Source: Anaerolineae bacterium (GTDB lineage Bacteria; Chloroflexota; Anaerolineae; B4-G1; SLSP01). Taken from it: 64,000 nt of DNA. Both the position numbers and the translations under genes were made by a program. The notes under the pieces are model-generated. The model saw nothing but the letters and a program-made list of their open reading frames with translations, was not told the DNA's origin and made no database searches. The stretch spans positions 42,137 to 106,136 of the forward strand of contig DAOOGN010000002.1 of the NCBI GenBank assembly GCA_035415725.1, given 5' to 3'. Below, piece after piece: positions 1-9,584 of this stretch (positions within the stretch are counted from its first letter, which is position 1; each line of letters begins with the position of its first letter).

Positions 1-3000
1 GGCATCTGCTGGCAACGGGTCATCGGCGTTGCCGGATGCCGGGAAAGTTTCCGGCGGCGTCAAAGGTTTGAGATGGACTTCCTGGAAGCGTTTGCTTTCA
101 TCAGCGATTCTGTCGTAGAACATATTCATCGTGTCGGTATCTTGTTGCTCAAAATAATAATTGGTCGCCTTGTAGAAGGCTGTCATCCGCAAGACTGATT
201 GTCGCAACAACCAGGCATTATAGACCGCATGACGGCGACGCTCTTTCAAATGGGCTTCGCTACCTAAAACATCCGGCAAAGCCTGTCCCGTAGTGACATG
301 CATCATACCTTCTGCAGCGCGCAGATGCCAGGCAGCGCGTTCAAAAGCGGCGTCATCTTGCACACGCCGCACGGCTTCGCGCAATGCCTGGGTATAATCA
401 CGCCAGATTTGCGCTTCGCTAAAACTCGATGCCATAGATAGTACCTGGTTATAGGCTGTGATGGCGGTAGGATAGTCGCGGCTGAGCAGCGAATCCCACC
501 CCTGATTCATTGCATGACGCAAGTCAGGCAATAGAGCTTCAACGGTTTCAAACCGCTCCCTGAGGTTGAGCAAATCCACATCCGCCGGCGCGATCTTGAA
601 GCCTTGCGTGAACAGCCCCGGCAATGCGCTCAACCGCCAGGCATCTAACCCGGCCTGAATTTGCTGCCGTATCTTGACCAGGGCGGCTTCCTGTTCTTCA
701 CGGATTTGTTGCTGCAAAGTGCGGATGTCGTCGCGAGGGTCTAAACGCAACGCCAGGTCACACAATTCCAATCCGTGTGTAAATTCGCCAGCCCTGCGCT
801 CTACTTCAGCATGCGTCTTCAACCGATCTTGTAAATCTTTGATAGCGCTCTGCACGCGCGGGTAGTCGGGCGCCTCGCCGCGCACTCTTAAGATCCGCGT
901 GACAGCGACTGCCCATTGTTTCGCGCCGATCTCTGTGTGTAGCTCGCGCAGATCGTCATGAACACGATCTAACAACGTACGCAGCGCACGGATACGTTCC
1001 GCCAAATCATCCAGCCGCTTATCCGTGCGCGGCGCGGCAATCCTGATCGCTTTCTCCAGGGCGGTTGTGGCGCCGGCGGGATCATACGCGACCAGCGCTT
1101 TCTCCGTGTCGTCGAGAGCGATATCCAGCTTGGCATTTTGTAACCTCGCGCGCAGGTCAGCGATACGCCCCTGGCGATCCGCCTCCGGCTTGATAATCTG
1201 GGCCGCATCCGCCAGCGCGGAGTGTACGCCCTGTTCGTCGAGGCGTTGCAGCGCTGTTTCAGCTTTTTGTAATTGCGCGTTGAACGCCGCGGTCTGCTCG
1301 CCGGGCAAGCCGGCTGCCCAATCCCGGGTGTCTTGATCCAACTGTGGCACCTGCCTGAGAATGTCAGCGCACTCCAACGCCTGGACATACTTAAGTTCTT
1401 TGATGGCGACTTCCATCGTCATTCTGAGGTCGTCTCTGACCCGCAGACACTGTTCGGTAAAGGCCGTCTCATGGGTGATCTGGGGCGAAGCGTGTTCCAG
1501 CGTTTGCACCGCGCCCGCGTAGTCTTTGGGCGTCCCCAGGAAGGTGCCAATCTCTCGCTTCAGTTTATCCAACAACTGGCGACTTTCGGCCGCCTCCGCT
1601 TCTTGACGCTGCGCCTCCGCCGCCTCTTTTTCCTTTTGGATACGCAGTTGTTCGGCTTTCTCTTCCAGCGTGTGACGCAAGGTCTGCGCGCGCCCTAATT
1701 TGGATATGTCCGGCGGCAAAGCTTTGAAGACGTCCAACGTGCGGGACAGGAGGGAAGGACGTTGTTGATACGCTTCCCAGGCTTCCAACGCTTCCAACAA
1801 CAACTCCCACTGCCGAATCGGGGTATCCGGTTGATCGCCAGGGCACAACCGCTCGGCCTCTTCCAACGCTTTCTTGGCCTCTGCCAGATTGCCCTCCGGC
1901 GCTTGCAGGAGCGCGGCGGCCTGCGCCACACACTCCTGACTGGCCAGCCAGTTGCGCAGCCGATCGTAATCCCGGCTCACCAGCGGCGTGATCCAACCGG
2001 CGGTTTCGGCCTGAGTCAATTTCGCGCGCGCGGCAACGGTGTCCGGCGGGGTCTGATTGAGGAAGTCCGTCACTTCAGCCACCACGCGCTCGCGCAACCG
2101 TTGATAGCAGCGTTCCATATCCTTGTCTGGCGCCGGCTCAAAGTTAGCATCCAACTCTAAAACCCGGCGATACTCCTGTAAAGCCAGGTCCCAGGCTTCA
2201 TTGTTTTGATGAACTTCTGCGCGAGAGAGGGCGCTGATGATTTCCCGTTGGCGTTCATAGGCGGTCTTGAGCAATAGCGAGACGCCGGCGCCGCGCAACT
2301 CAATTTCGGCGTCGCGGAAACGCTTGTTCCCGGCCAGGTCGCGGGCGCGTTTCATCGCGTCTTGGGTGCGCTCAAAGGTGTCCAACGCATTCCGCACCCA
2401 CGTCGCTAATTCCCGCGCCGGGCCATCGTTTTCGTAGCCCTTGACCTGGAAGACTTCTTTGACAGCGCTCTCGAGCCGCTCCAGGTCAATCCGGCCCGGC
2501 GATTTTTTGGCGATATACCCGGCGTCCTCAAGCTGACTCTGCAAAGCGCGCGCGGCGGCCATTTTTTGGTTATAGTCCTGTTCCAGCCGGGCGCGGATAG
2601 AACCCTGGTGGGCTTCGTGAATCTCGGCCGCCAGGGATGCGGCATCCAACGTAATGTCAAACTCCACCTGCACGCCCAGTGCCTCGGCTTCTTCCTGGAC
2701 GGCTTTGACGATATCCAACGCGGCCTGCGGCGTGCCGCGCATCCCCTCTCGCCGCCAACTCTCGAAGCGTTCGCGCGCTTCTTCCAGCCGCAAGCGCAGG
2801 CGGCGTGTGCGTGTTTCGCGCAGCAGGTCTTCAAATTGCCGCACCCAATGGCTCTCCGGCGGCGGATCGAGGATCAGGAAAGGTTTCAATTGCGCCTCAA
2901 GATCGCGCAACTGTTCCTGTTCCAATCGTTTTTGCAACTGTCCCCGCGCGGTTTGCGCCTGTTTTTCCGCCCAGCGGTTGACAATCAGGTTTTGCAGCGT

Positions 3001-6000
3001 TTGGAGTTCATCCAATAGTTCCGGCGCAGCAGTGCGCCCGGTGGCCTGTTTGCAACGATTCCACGCCTCGGCATATTCGCCGTCGCGGTAAAGTTCCTGA
3101 ATTGGATGCACTACGCGCGTCCACTGTTCTTTCTCCAGTTCATCCACCAATTGTTGCGTCTTGTTGAACTTTTCTGGATCAACATTCTGGCGCGAAAGGT
3201 CAGTCAATAGTTCGCGCGCTTCTTTAAATCGTTCCTGCTTAGCCAAAGCCTCTACCTGAAGGAAAGTCTTGTCCGCATTGATCACCGCCTCCAGTTGCCG
3301 CTTGAGCAGACGCGCTTCAGGATCATCTGGGCGTTTCTCAAGCACAGTTTCCACCAGTTGCAGTGCTTCTTTGTATTTGCCAGTCTGCTGCGCCGTGCGG
3401 GCTTTCTCCAGCATTTCCTGTGTGATGCGTTGCTCGCGGATTTGCGTCTGTAACGCCAGGGCTTCTTTGGACGCCGGGTCGCTTTCCAGAATCTTCTGCA
3501 CGATATCCTGCGCTTCTTTGAATTGCCCATTGGCTAACCACTGTTGGGCTTCGGCCAGGGCGCGCTGCATTCCCAGCGTGCTCTCGCGCGCCTCCTCAAT
3601 GCGTTGACGCAGGTAGCCGGCCTCCTCGGCGATGCTCTCGGCATAGCGGTTGTTTTCGGCAAACCGCTCCAGATCGGTCAGATCCAGCAGGGCGTTATCG
3701 GCCTGCCGCTCTTCATTCCACCAGCGCTGCGCGCTTTGCAGTTTGGCGCCCGCGCGCGCGGCGCGCAACAAGTCCCCGGCTTCCGTCGCGCCCAGGCGAA
3801 CGGCCTTTTCAAATAACATGCGCGCTTCAGCGTACTTTTCAGCATCCAGGGCGGCCTGCCCCTCTTTCAGGGCCGCGTCGCGTTCCTGCTGCCCGGCGGC
3901 CAACTTCTCCAGTTCATCCCGGAGCATCTCCAGATACGGGCGTTTGTGACCTTCACGCAGAGTCTTCAGGGTCTCATTGACAGCTCGCAATGCGCCGGCG
4001 TAATCCTGTTCTTGCCGGCAGACCTCAATTTGTTCTTCCCAGACGGCGCCGGCCGCCCAGTCCTCGCGCTGCTGGCGCACGTCGCTCAGAACCTGGAAGT
4101 AGCGATTGCGCTCGTCCACGTCCAACACTTGCAGGTTGATTTCCTTTTGAAGTTTGTCCAGTCGGTTAAGGTAATCGCTCAACTGCTCCACCGTCGTCGC
4201 CAGGTGGCGTCCTGTTTCAATCTGGCTCATCACGTCGTGCAAGGTTTTGCGGGTGGCCTCGACGCGCGCGTTGGCGATTTGCTCGTGCAGCTTCTGCACC
4301 TCGGCATCCAGGTCAGGCAGTTCCTTCAAGGCCGGCAGTGTTTCCAGCGCTTTCTCGGCGGCGTCCCATTCGTTATTTAGATAAGCCTGGCGCGCTTTCT
4401 CAATCTCGGGGCGCGCCTTTTCATCCAAGGCTTGGAGTTTCTCTGCCTTTTCCTGAAATTGTGTAATGGCTTCCCGTATTTCCTGTACCGAGGGTTGACC
4501 CTCTAAAAGTGTAGGAAATTCATGATCGATCTGGTTATAAAATTCTTGCTCGATATCTTGAAGGTTATGCAATGCCGCTTGAAATTCACCGGCGTTCAGA
4601 GCATTTTGAGCGCGCTGCACGCGCTTGTCGGCCGCTTCATTGGCCCGGTTAATCAGCGCTTCAGTACAGTCTGTTAACTGTTGAATGGCCTCCGCATCTC
4701 TAGGATGTCCCTTGATATATTCGGTAGCCGCTCGATAGGCATCGATGAGCTGGCCTAATTGTGTCGCCGATGCTATCACGCCCCTGAGGGCATTATCGTG
4801 CGCCAGGCGGATCCATTGATCCACAAAGAATTGCGCGCGTCCGGCGGCCCAACTTTCCTGACGCAAATTGCCCAACACTCCAAGCCGATCTTGCGCGGTC
4901 TGCCAGTGGTCCGCTTGCCCTAGCGCCAATCCATCATCGCGATCCCCCATCTGAGTCAATTGGTTGAGGATTTCGCGTACTTGTTGCGGCAGCGCTACAT
5001 CCGGTTCCAAGAGTGTATTGAGACCCCGGCGCCAGGTCCGCATCGCATCCATCGGGCTGCTGGCCTGTTGCTCTTCAGCTTCGCGTTCTATCGCGCGCAG
5101 CTTTTCTTCCAGCATACGGCGCTGGCGAATTTCTGCGTAGAGTTTGGCCGTTTCGGTATCGCTCGGATCGAGTTCGCGCACCAGACGCAGCTTCTCCTCC
5201 GCCTCGGTGAGGTCGCCGGATTGGATGGCGGTCTGGGCTGCGAGTTTGGTGCTGTTGATCTTTTCGCGCGCCTTTTCCTCCAACTGCGCGCGGACAGCCT
5301 CCAGTGTGGGATCACTGCCGCGCATTTTTATGACTTCTTGAATCTTGAGCAGGCCGTCAGAGGCTACGAGATTTCGCGCCGCGTCGGCCGCTGCTGTCGC
5401 CCGCTCGTCCAGGTCCTTGAGTTGTTTTTGTAGTGTGCTCAACTCGGCGGGCAATAGCCCGCCCGCATCAGTGGCCTGGGTTTCGACCTCTTCTAATCGC
5501 TTGCGCGCCGGCTCCACGTGCCGGAGCGCGGCGTCGTCCAAAGCGTCGGCAATTTCTACCGGCGTCTCGCCGTCCGCCGCTGCGGCGTAAGCGACCTGTG
5601 CCTGTGACAGCGCGGCACCAGCGGCGCTGCGTGCGGCCTCCAATTCTCGCGCCAGCGCTTCCCATTCGTGCAATTGGCGGCGCGCGCCGGACGGCGCCGA
5701 GTCCCCCATCGCCTCCACGGCCTGTTTCAACGTGACTACGGCCGCCCCCCATTCGCCTTTGTCGCGGCTCTGTTCGGCGCGGGTGTGCGCTGTTTCGTAG
5801 TCCTGCCAGGCGTCGCGCGCGGCGCGCAGCGTTGTGTGCAATGCTTCCAGACCAGCGCACAGGTCGGGCCAGTCAGCCACCAGGTGCAACGCGGATTCCA
5901 AATCTTGCAATAGTGGATCGAGCGCACCGGCCTGGAGGGTGGCCTGTTGTTGTAACGCCGCCCAATCCTTTTTCACTTGCGCAAGCGTGGCTTCCGCCTT

Positions 6001-7584
6001 AGGTTTAGCGCCACACATTCCCACACAAGCTTTAGCCGCATTGTTATCGGGGTTTAGCCCCAGGGCCTCGTTGCCATAGCCGGCCGCTTCCGTGAGCCGC
6101 CCCGCATTGAAAGCGCTTTCGCAGGCCTGCACCAACTGGCTTTCCAGCGCCTCGGTCACCCCGGGGCCGGCAGCCCAGACTTCGTGCGCTTCCTGATAAG
6201 CGCGAACCGCCACGAAAACATCGTTCGCAGCTTTGCCCCGGCCCATCAACGCATTAAATTTTTCAATTTTGGCCTCGACGCGGCGCAAGCCTTCGGCGGC
6301 CTGGCGTTGATGTTCTGGCAGAAGCGCACCGAGGGTCTCCTCAAACAGCGCTCTGGCCTTGCTCAGGTCGCTGCACTCCCACAGGCTCTCGGCGTTGCGC
6401 AGGCGGCCGGCTTCCTCCTCAATGCGCCGGATTTCTGCGGTGACGGTGTTGTGCATCGTCTCCACAACCGCGCCGACGGCGGTGTAATCGCGCCCCTCGG
6501 ATTTGGCGTGCGTTAGACGTTGCAACGCCAATTTCAGGGATTGCGCGGCTTCGTCGCGGCGGCCCTCATCCCAATCCAGACGTGCTTGCTTCTGTTGTGC
6601 GGTGATGGCAACCAGGTCCACACTTTCGTCGCGCAGGCCGGTGGCGTCCAGGTGGGCGGGGTAGATTGTTAGCACCTCCTCGAAAACCTTCTGCGCGCCT
6701 TCAAACTGGCGCTTCGCCTGATCAAAGGAGCGCTGTTGGTTTTGCTGTCGCCCGGCTTCCAACAATTGCCGCCCGTAAGTCATGCCGGCCTGGAGGTAAA
6801 GTTGTTGCCACAACGGCACGTCCTGATACCGGCTGCGCTGCTGTTCCAACTGCGCCAGCGCGTCGGTCCAGCGACTCTCGGCGATGGCTTTCTCAATTGC
6901 CGCCAGGTCGCGTTTCTGGCTGTCCAGATAGCTGCGAGCCTGGCGCAACCATCCCTGCGCCTGAGCATACAAGGGCGAGGCCTGGGGGATGTTTTCCAGC
7001 AGCATGATGCCCTGTTCAAACTCCCGCGCGCGAAGGGCTTCTTCGGCTTTGCGCAGCAGGGCTTGATGGTCGCCCTGGCTCAGCGCATTCGTGCGGACGT
7101 TTTCCAGTTCACTTCTCAGCGGTTGGTAGACCGGCTCCTGGGGTAACTGTCGTAACATATCTGCGGCGGCGTTGGCGGCGGCTTCCCAATCGCCGACGGC
7201 GTTGACCTTGCGGATTTCAGCCTGGGCGTTGTGCACCCGCGTCTGCCAGTTGTGCAGATCAAGGGCCTGATTGCGCTTGTGTTCCAAATCTGTGTGGAAC
7301 TTCAGAATCCGGGGCGAGGCCACCGCGAAGTCGGTGATGGCGATGTACTCGTCCGCCGCGTTGCGATAGTCGCCCTGCGCCATCAGCGCGTCGGCCTCGG
7401 TCAGGCGTTCTTTGATTTCGGCCTCTTTTTCAACCGCGCGCTGCGCCAGACGCAGCCCCTGATCGGCTTTGGGATTGTTGGCATCCAGGTCGCGCGCCTG
7501 TTGATAGAGCCGCTGCGCCTTTTCCCAGTCGCCTTCGGTCATCGCTTGTTCGGCTTGTTGTAAGAGATAGGGTAACTGAGACAT
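1..7584 (-). CDS. Giant alpha-helical TPR-like repeat protein, 5' portion only (>=2528 codons in window; continues past position 1). Not in ORF track because no stop in window.
   Basis: Reverse-complement of 7582-7584 is ATG preceded by AGGAGG (rc of cctcct at ~7589-7594), 4 nt spacer; translation begins MSQLPYLLQQAEQAMTEGDWEKAQRLYQQARDLD... Frame checked by hand at ~2960-3000 (..LQNLIVNRWAEKQ..) and ~470-501 (..GWDSLLSRDYP..), both consistent with one continuous minus-strand frame; all other-frame ORFs in 1-7600 are short (<160 aa). Sequence is all-alpha, Ala/Leu/Glu/Arg/Gln-rich with recurring TPR-like A..A..Y..A spacing. Confidence 0.7.
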   Translation of the reverse strand, partial: MSQLPYLLQQAEQAMTEGDWEKAQRLYQQARDLDANNPKADQGLRLAQRAVEKEAEIKERLTEADALMAQGDYRNAADEYIAITDFAVASPRILKFHTDLEHKRNQALDLHNWQTRVHNAQAEIRKVNAVGDWEAAANAAADMLRQLPQEPVYQPLRSELENVRTNALSQGDHQALLRKAEEALRAREFEQGIMLLENIPQASPLYAQAQGWLRQARSYLDSQKRDLAAIEKAIAESRWTDALAQLEQQRSRYQDVPLWQQLYLQAGMTYGRQLLEAGRQQNQQRSFDQAKRQFEGAQKVFEEVLTIYPAHLDATGLRDESVDLVAITAQQKQARLDWDEGRRDEAAQSLKLALQRLTHAKSEGRDYTAVGAVVETMHNTVTAEIRRIEEEAGRLRNAESLWECSDLSKARALFEETLGALLPEHQRQAAEGLRRVEAKIEKFNALMGRGKAANDVFVAVRAYQEAHEVWAAGPGVTEALESQLVQACESAFNAGRLTEAAGYGNEALGLNPDNNAAKACVGMCGAKPKAEATLAQVKKDWAALQQQATLQAGALDPLLQDLESALHLVADWPDLCAGLEALHTTLRAARDAWQDYETAHTRAEQSRDKGEWGAAVVTLKQAVEAMGDSAPSGARRQLHEWEALARELEAARSAAGAALSQAQVAYAAAADGETPVEIADALDDAALRHVEPARKRLEEVETQATDAGGLLPAELSTLQKQLKDLDERATAAADAARNLVASDGLLKIQEVIKMRGSDPTLEAVRAQLEEKAREKINSTKLAAQTAIQSGDLTEAEEKLRLVRELDPSDTETAKLYAEIRQRRMLEEKLRAIEREAEEQQASSPMDAMRTWRRGLNTLLEPDVALPQQVREILNQLTQMGDRDDGLALGQADHWQTAQDRLGVLGNLRQESWAAGRAQFFVDQWIRLAHDNALRGVIASATQLGQLIDAYRAATEYIKGHPRDAEAIQQLTDCTEALINRANEAADKRVQRAQNALNAGEFQAALHNLQDIEQEFYNQIDHEFPTLLEGQPSVQEIREAITQFQEKAEKLQALDEKARPEIEKARQAYLNNEWDAAEKALETLPALKELPDLDAEVQKLHEQIANARVEATRKTLHDVMSQIETGRHLATTVEQLSDYLNRLDKLQKEINLQVLDVDERNRYFQVLSDVRQQREDWAAGAVWEEQIEVCRQEQDYAGALRAVNETLKTLREGHKRPYLEMLRDELEKLAAGQQERDAALKEGQAALDAEKYAEARMLFEKAVRLGATEAGDLLRAARAGAKLQSAQRWWNEERQADNALLDLTDLERFAENNRYAESIAEEAGYLRQRIEEARESTLGMQRALAEAQQWLANGQFKEAQDIVQKILESDPASKEALALQTQIREQRITQEMLEKARTAQQTGKYKEALQLVETVLEKRPDDPEARLLKRQLEAVINADKTFLQVEALAKQERFKEARELLTDLSRQNVDPEKFNKTQQLVDELEKEQWTRVVHPIQELYRDGEYAEAWNRCKQATGRTAAPELLDELQTLQNLIVNRWAEKQAQTARGQLQKRLEQEQLRDLEAQLKPFLILDPPPESHWVRQFEDLLRETRTRRLRLRLEEARERFESWRREGMRGTPQAALDIVKAVQEEAEALGVQVEFDITLDAASLAAEIHEAHQGSIRARLEQDYNQKMAAARALQSQLEDAGYIAKKSPGRIDLERLESAVKEVFQVKGYENDGPARELATWVRNALDTFERTQDAMKRARDLAGNKRFRDAEIELRGAGVSLLLKTAYERQREIISALSRAEVHQNNEAWDLALQEYRRVLELDANFEPAPDKDMERCYQRLRERVVAEVTDFLNQTPPDTVAARAKLTQAETAGWITPLVSRDYDRLRNWLASQECVAQAAALLQAPEGNLAEAKKALEEAERLCPGDQPDTPIRQWELLLEALEAWEAYQQRPSLLSRTLDVFKALPPDISKLGRAQTLRHTLEEKAEQLRIQKEKEAAEAQRQEAEAAESRQLLDKLKREIGTFLGTPKDYAGAVQTLEHASPQITHETAFTEQCLRVRDDLRMTMEVAIKELKYVQALECADILRQVPQLDQDTRDWAAGLPGEQTAAFNAQLQKAETALQRLDEQGVHSALADAAQIIKPEADRQGRIADLRARLQNAKLDIALDDTEKALVAYDPAGATTALEKAIRIAAPRTDKRLDDLAERIRALRTLLDRVHDDLRELHTEIGAKQWAVAVTRILRVRGEAPDYPRVQSAIKDLQDRLKTHAEVERRAGEFTHGLELCDLALRLDPRDDIRTLQQQIREEQEAALVKIRQQIQAGLDAWRLSALPGLFTQGFKIAPADVDLLNLRERFETVEALLPDLRHAMNQGWDSLLSRDYPTAITAYNQVLSMASSFSEAQIWRDYTQALREAVRRVQDDAAFERAAWHLRAAEGMMHVTTGQALPDVLGSEAHLKERRRHAVYNAWLLRQSVLRMTAFYKATNYYFEQQDTDTMNMFYDRIADESKRFQEVHLKPLTPPETFPASGNADDPLPADA

Positions 7585-7629
7585 GCATCCTCCTGAAACG
7601 TGATCTGCGTTCGTAATTCGTTGTTCGCC

Positions 7630-9558
7630 CTATTGTTTGACCACCAACGGTAGAAACACTTTGACCGGCCAGTAGCGAGTGACGGTTTCGTTACTGGGCT
7701 GGCAGCCGCCGAGTTCTTTACTGCAAATCCAGGCTGTATTACTGACAACAATGTCTGGCGGCGTTGGGACAAGTGGGGGCACATCTGTCTTATAGCCAAG
7801 CTGTAAGGTGTCACTGGTACAACTGGGTTTGACCGTCCCTTCTATATCCGGAGCCACAGCTTGCGCGTCCACTCGTTGCGTATATGACACCAGATCCTGT
7901 AAACGGATCGTGTAGGTTAGCGGCATCCGGGTACTGAACTCTTCTATGACGCACGTTGTTACCGTTAAGTAACCGGTTTGTTGAATGATGCCGGGCACGC
8001 GCCAGATCACGTCATGCCCGTTGAGGGCAAATTCAGAACCCGGTACACTTGATGCAATGCTATCCCCCTTCTTGGGATAAAGCTGGGGTGGCAATGTTCC
8101 CGTGACCAGGATGCCGGAAGACACCTCGGGCGACTGGGGTGTAGGGGTATAGATGATTGTATAGATTATCTCCGATTGTAAGAGCCACGTGGTATTCTCC
8201 GGCGTCCAGACAGCCCGGCGCGCGCTCGCCAATTCCCACTGCGACGCCGATTGAGCATCAACAACCCGCACCGTGAATGCAGCTTCCCCATTAGCTCCCG
8301 GCGACAGCGCGCCGATATTCCAACGCAATATGCCAGCCTCCGGTGTGACGCTGCCGGAGGCTGTGATCCATGTTGTATTGGCCGGTACGGTATCTGTGAT
8401 CACCACACCGGTCTGTCCATCGGGATGCGGCCAGGGATTGGCATAGCGGAGGGTGTAGGTGATGAGCTTGCTGTAGGCAAAGTCGCCGTCCAGCGCGGCG
8501 GATTTGTGGAGGGTGAGGGTGGCGGCGGGAACAGGCAGGACACCTTTCCATACTGCGTTGGTATACCCATCAGCCGTTTGTCCACCGAGTACATAAAGCT
8601 CGCCAAAGCGCGAAGCGACAGAAAGTCGCCGGTTGCCGCCGCCGGGCATCGGCGAGGATGCCCACTCACCCACAAAATCGCAGGTATCAGGGTTGATGCC
8701 GATGCTGTAAACTTGATCGTTCAGCGCGCCGCCGGTGGTCTCGCCGCCCAGGACGTAGAGGGTGTTTTGGTCAATGGCAACATCGTGGTAAGCAAGAGAA
8801 ATTGGCAAGCTCCCGGCATTTTGCCACGCAGTTATCACACCTGATTCACTATGATCCCAAATAGCGCGATAGATTTCTGCACGATTGGCATTACTAACTC
8901 TACCACCAATTATATAAAGGCACGTGTCCAATGCCGCTAGTTTTGTGTACGCCAACTTGTCAGGTAAACTTCCTTCTGCACGCCATGCCCCTAGAACACC
9001 ATCAGTATCCATAGGGGCGGACCAAACCAGCTCAGAGAAAGAACCATTGGTTGTAACGCCGCCAGCGATATACAGCCGATCTTGGGACACCGTTGCCGCG
9101 GAAAATCTTAATGCCTGGGGCATCGCAACCTCGCTACGCCAACTCACACCGTCAAATGAATCTACTCGCATAAGAAGCGTAGTACCATCGTACCCACCCA
9201 TGACGTAGGCTCTCCCATTAGCAGCCGTTGCCGCAGCACCGAAACGTGGCGTTTCAAGGGCATTGGTTGTATTCCACTCCGTACCTAGAGGTTTCAGGTT
9301 CAACTGATGCACAGCATTGAATGGACTTTGGGCGCTTCCCACCCAACCACCTACGTAATAAAGGACATTATTTAATACAAAGGCGACGCCATCGCCTGCG
9401 GATTGAGACAGTGGTGGCAACGTTGTCCATTCAGGTGTCGCGGCGAGTGCTGTGTGTTCTGCGCCACTCACGAGATGAGCATTGCCGGCTATAAAGCTCA
9501 TCCCCGTTACCAACATACAAATCCATATTCCGATAACCAGACTAAATTTCCTACGCAT
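7630..9558 (-). CDS. Secreted Kelch-repeat (galactose-oxidase-like beta-propeller) protein with C-terminal DUF11/Ig-like region
   Basis: N-terminal hydrophobic signal-like segment (KFSLVIGIWICMLVTGMSFIAG); repeated LYxxGG / VMGGYDG / LYIIGG / LYVLGGQT Kelch blade motifs; C-terminal beta-rich segment. Confidence 0.7.
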   Translation of the reverse strand: MRRKFSLVIGIWICMLVTGMSFIAGNAHLVSGAEHTALAATPEWTTLPPLSQSAGDGVAFVLNNVLYYVGGWVGSAQSPFNAVHQLNLKPLGTEWNTTNALETPRFGAAATAANGRAYVMGGYDGTTLLMRVDSFDGVSWRSEVAMPQALRFSAATVSQDRLYIAGGVTTNGSFSELVWSAPMDTDGVLGAWRAEGSLPDKLAYTKLAALDTCLYIIGGRVSNANRAEIYRAIWDHSESGVITAWQNAGSLPISLAYHDVAIDQNTLYVLGGETTGGALNDQVYSIGINPDTCDFVGEWASSPMPGGGNRRLSVASRFGELYVLGGQTADGYTNAVWKGVLPVPAATLTLHKSAALDGDFAYSKLITYTLRYANPWPHPDGQTGVVITDTVPANTTWITASGSVTPEAGILRWNIGALSPGANGEAAFTVRVVDAQSASQWELASARRAVWTPENTTWLLQSEIIYTIIYTPTPQSPEVSSGILVTGTLPPQLYPKKGDSIASSVPGSEFALNGHDVIWRVPGIIQQTGYLTVTTCVIEEFSTRMPLTYTIRLQDLVSYTQRVDAQAVAPDIEGTVKPSCTSDTLQLGYKTDVPPLVPTPPDIVVSNTAWICSKELGGCQPSNETVTRYWPVKVFLPLVVKQ

Positions 9559-9584
9559 TGTTTCCTCCTGATGAAATTAAAATT

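Noticed and set aside
674-7563. About 35 short ORFs (60-160 aa) on both strands in the first 7.6 kb
   Set aside because: All are out-of-frame or antisense overlaps of the single continuous minus-strand TPR-like ORF verified from ATG 7584. The track omits that ORF only because it has no in-window stop.
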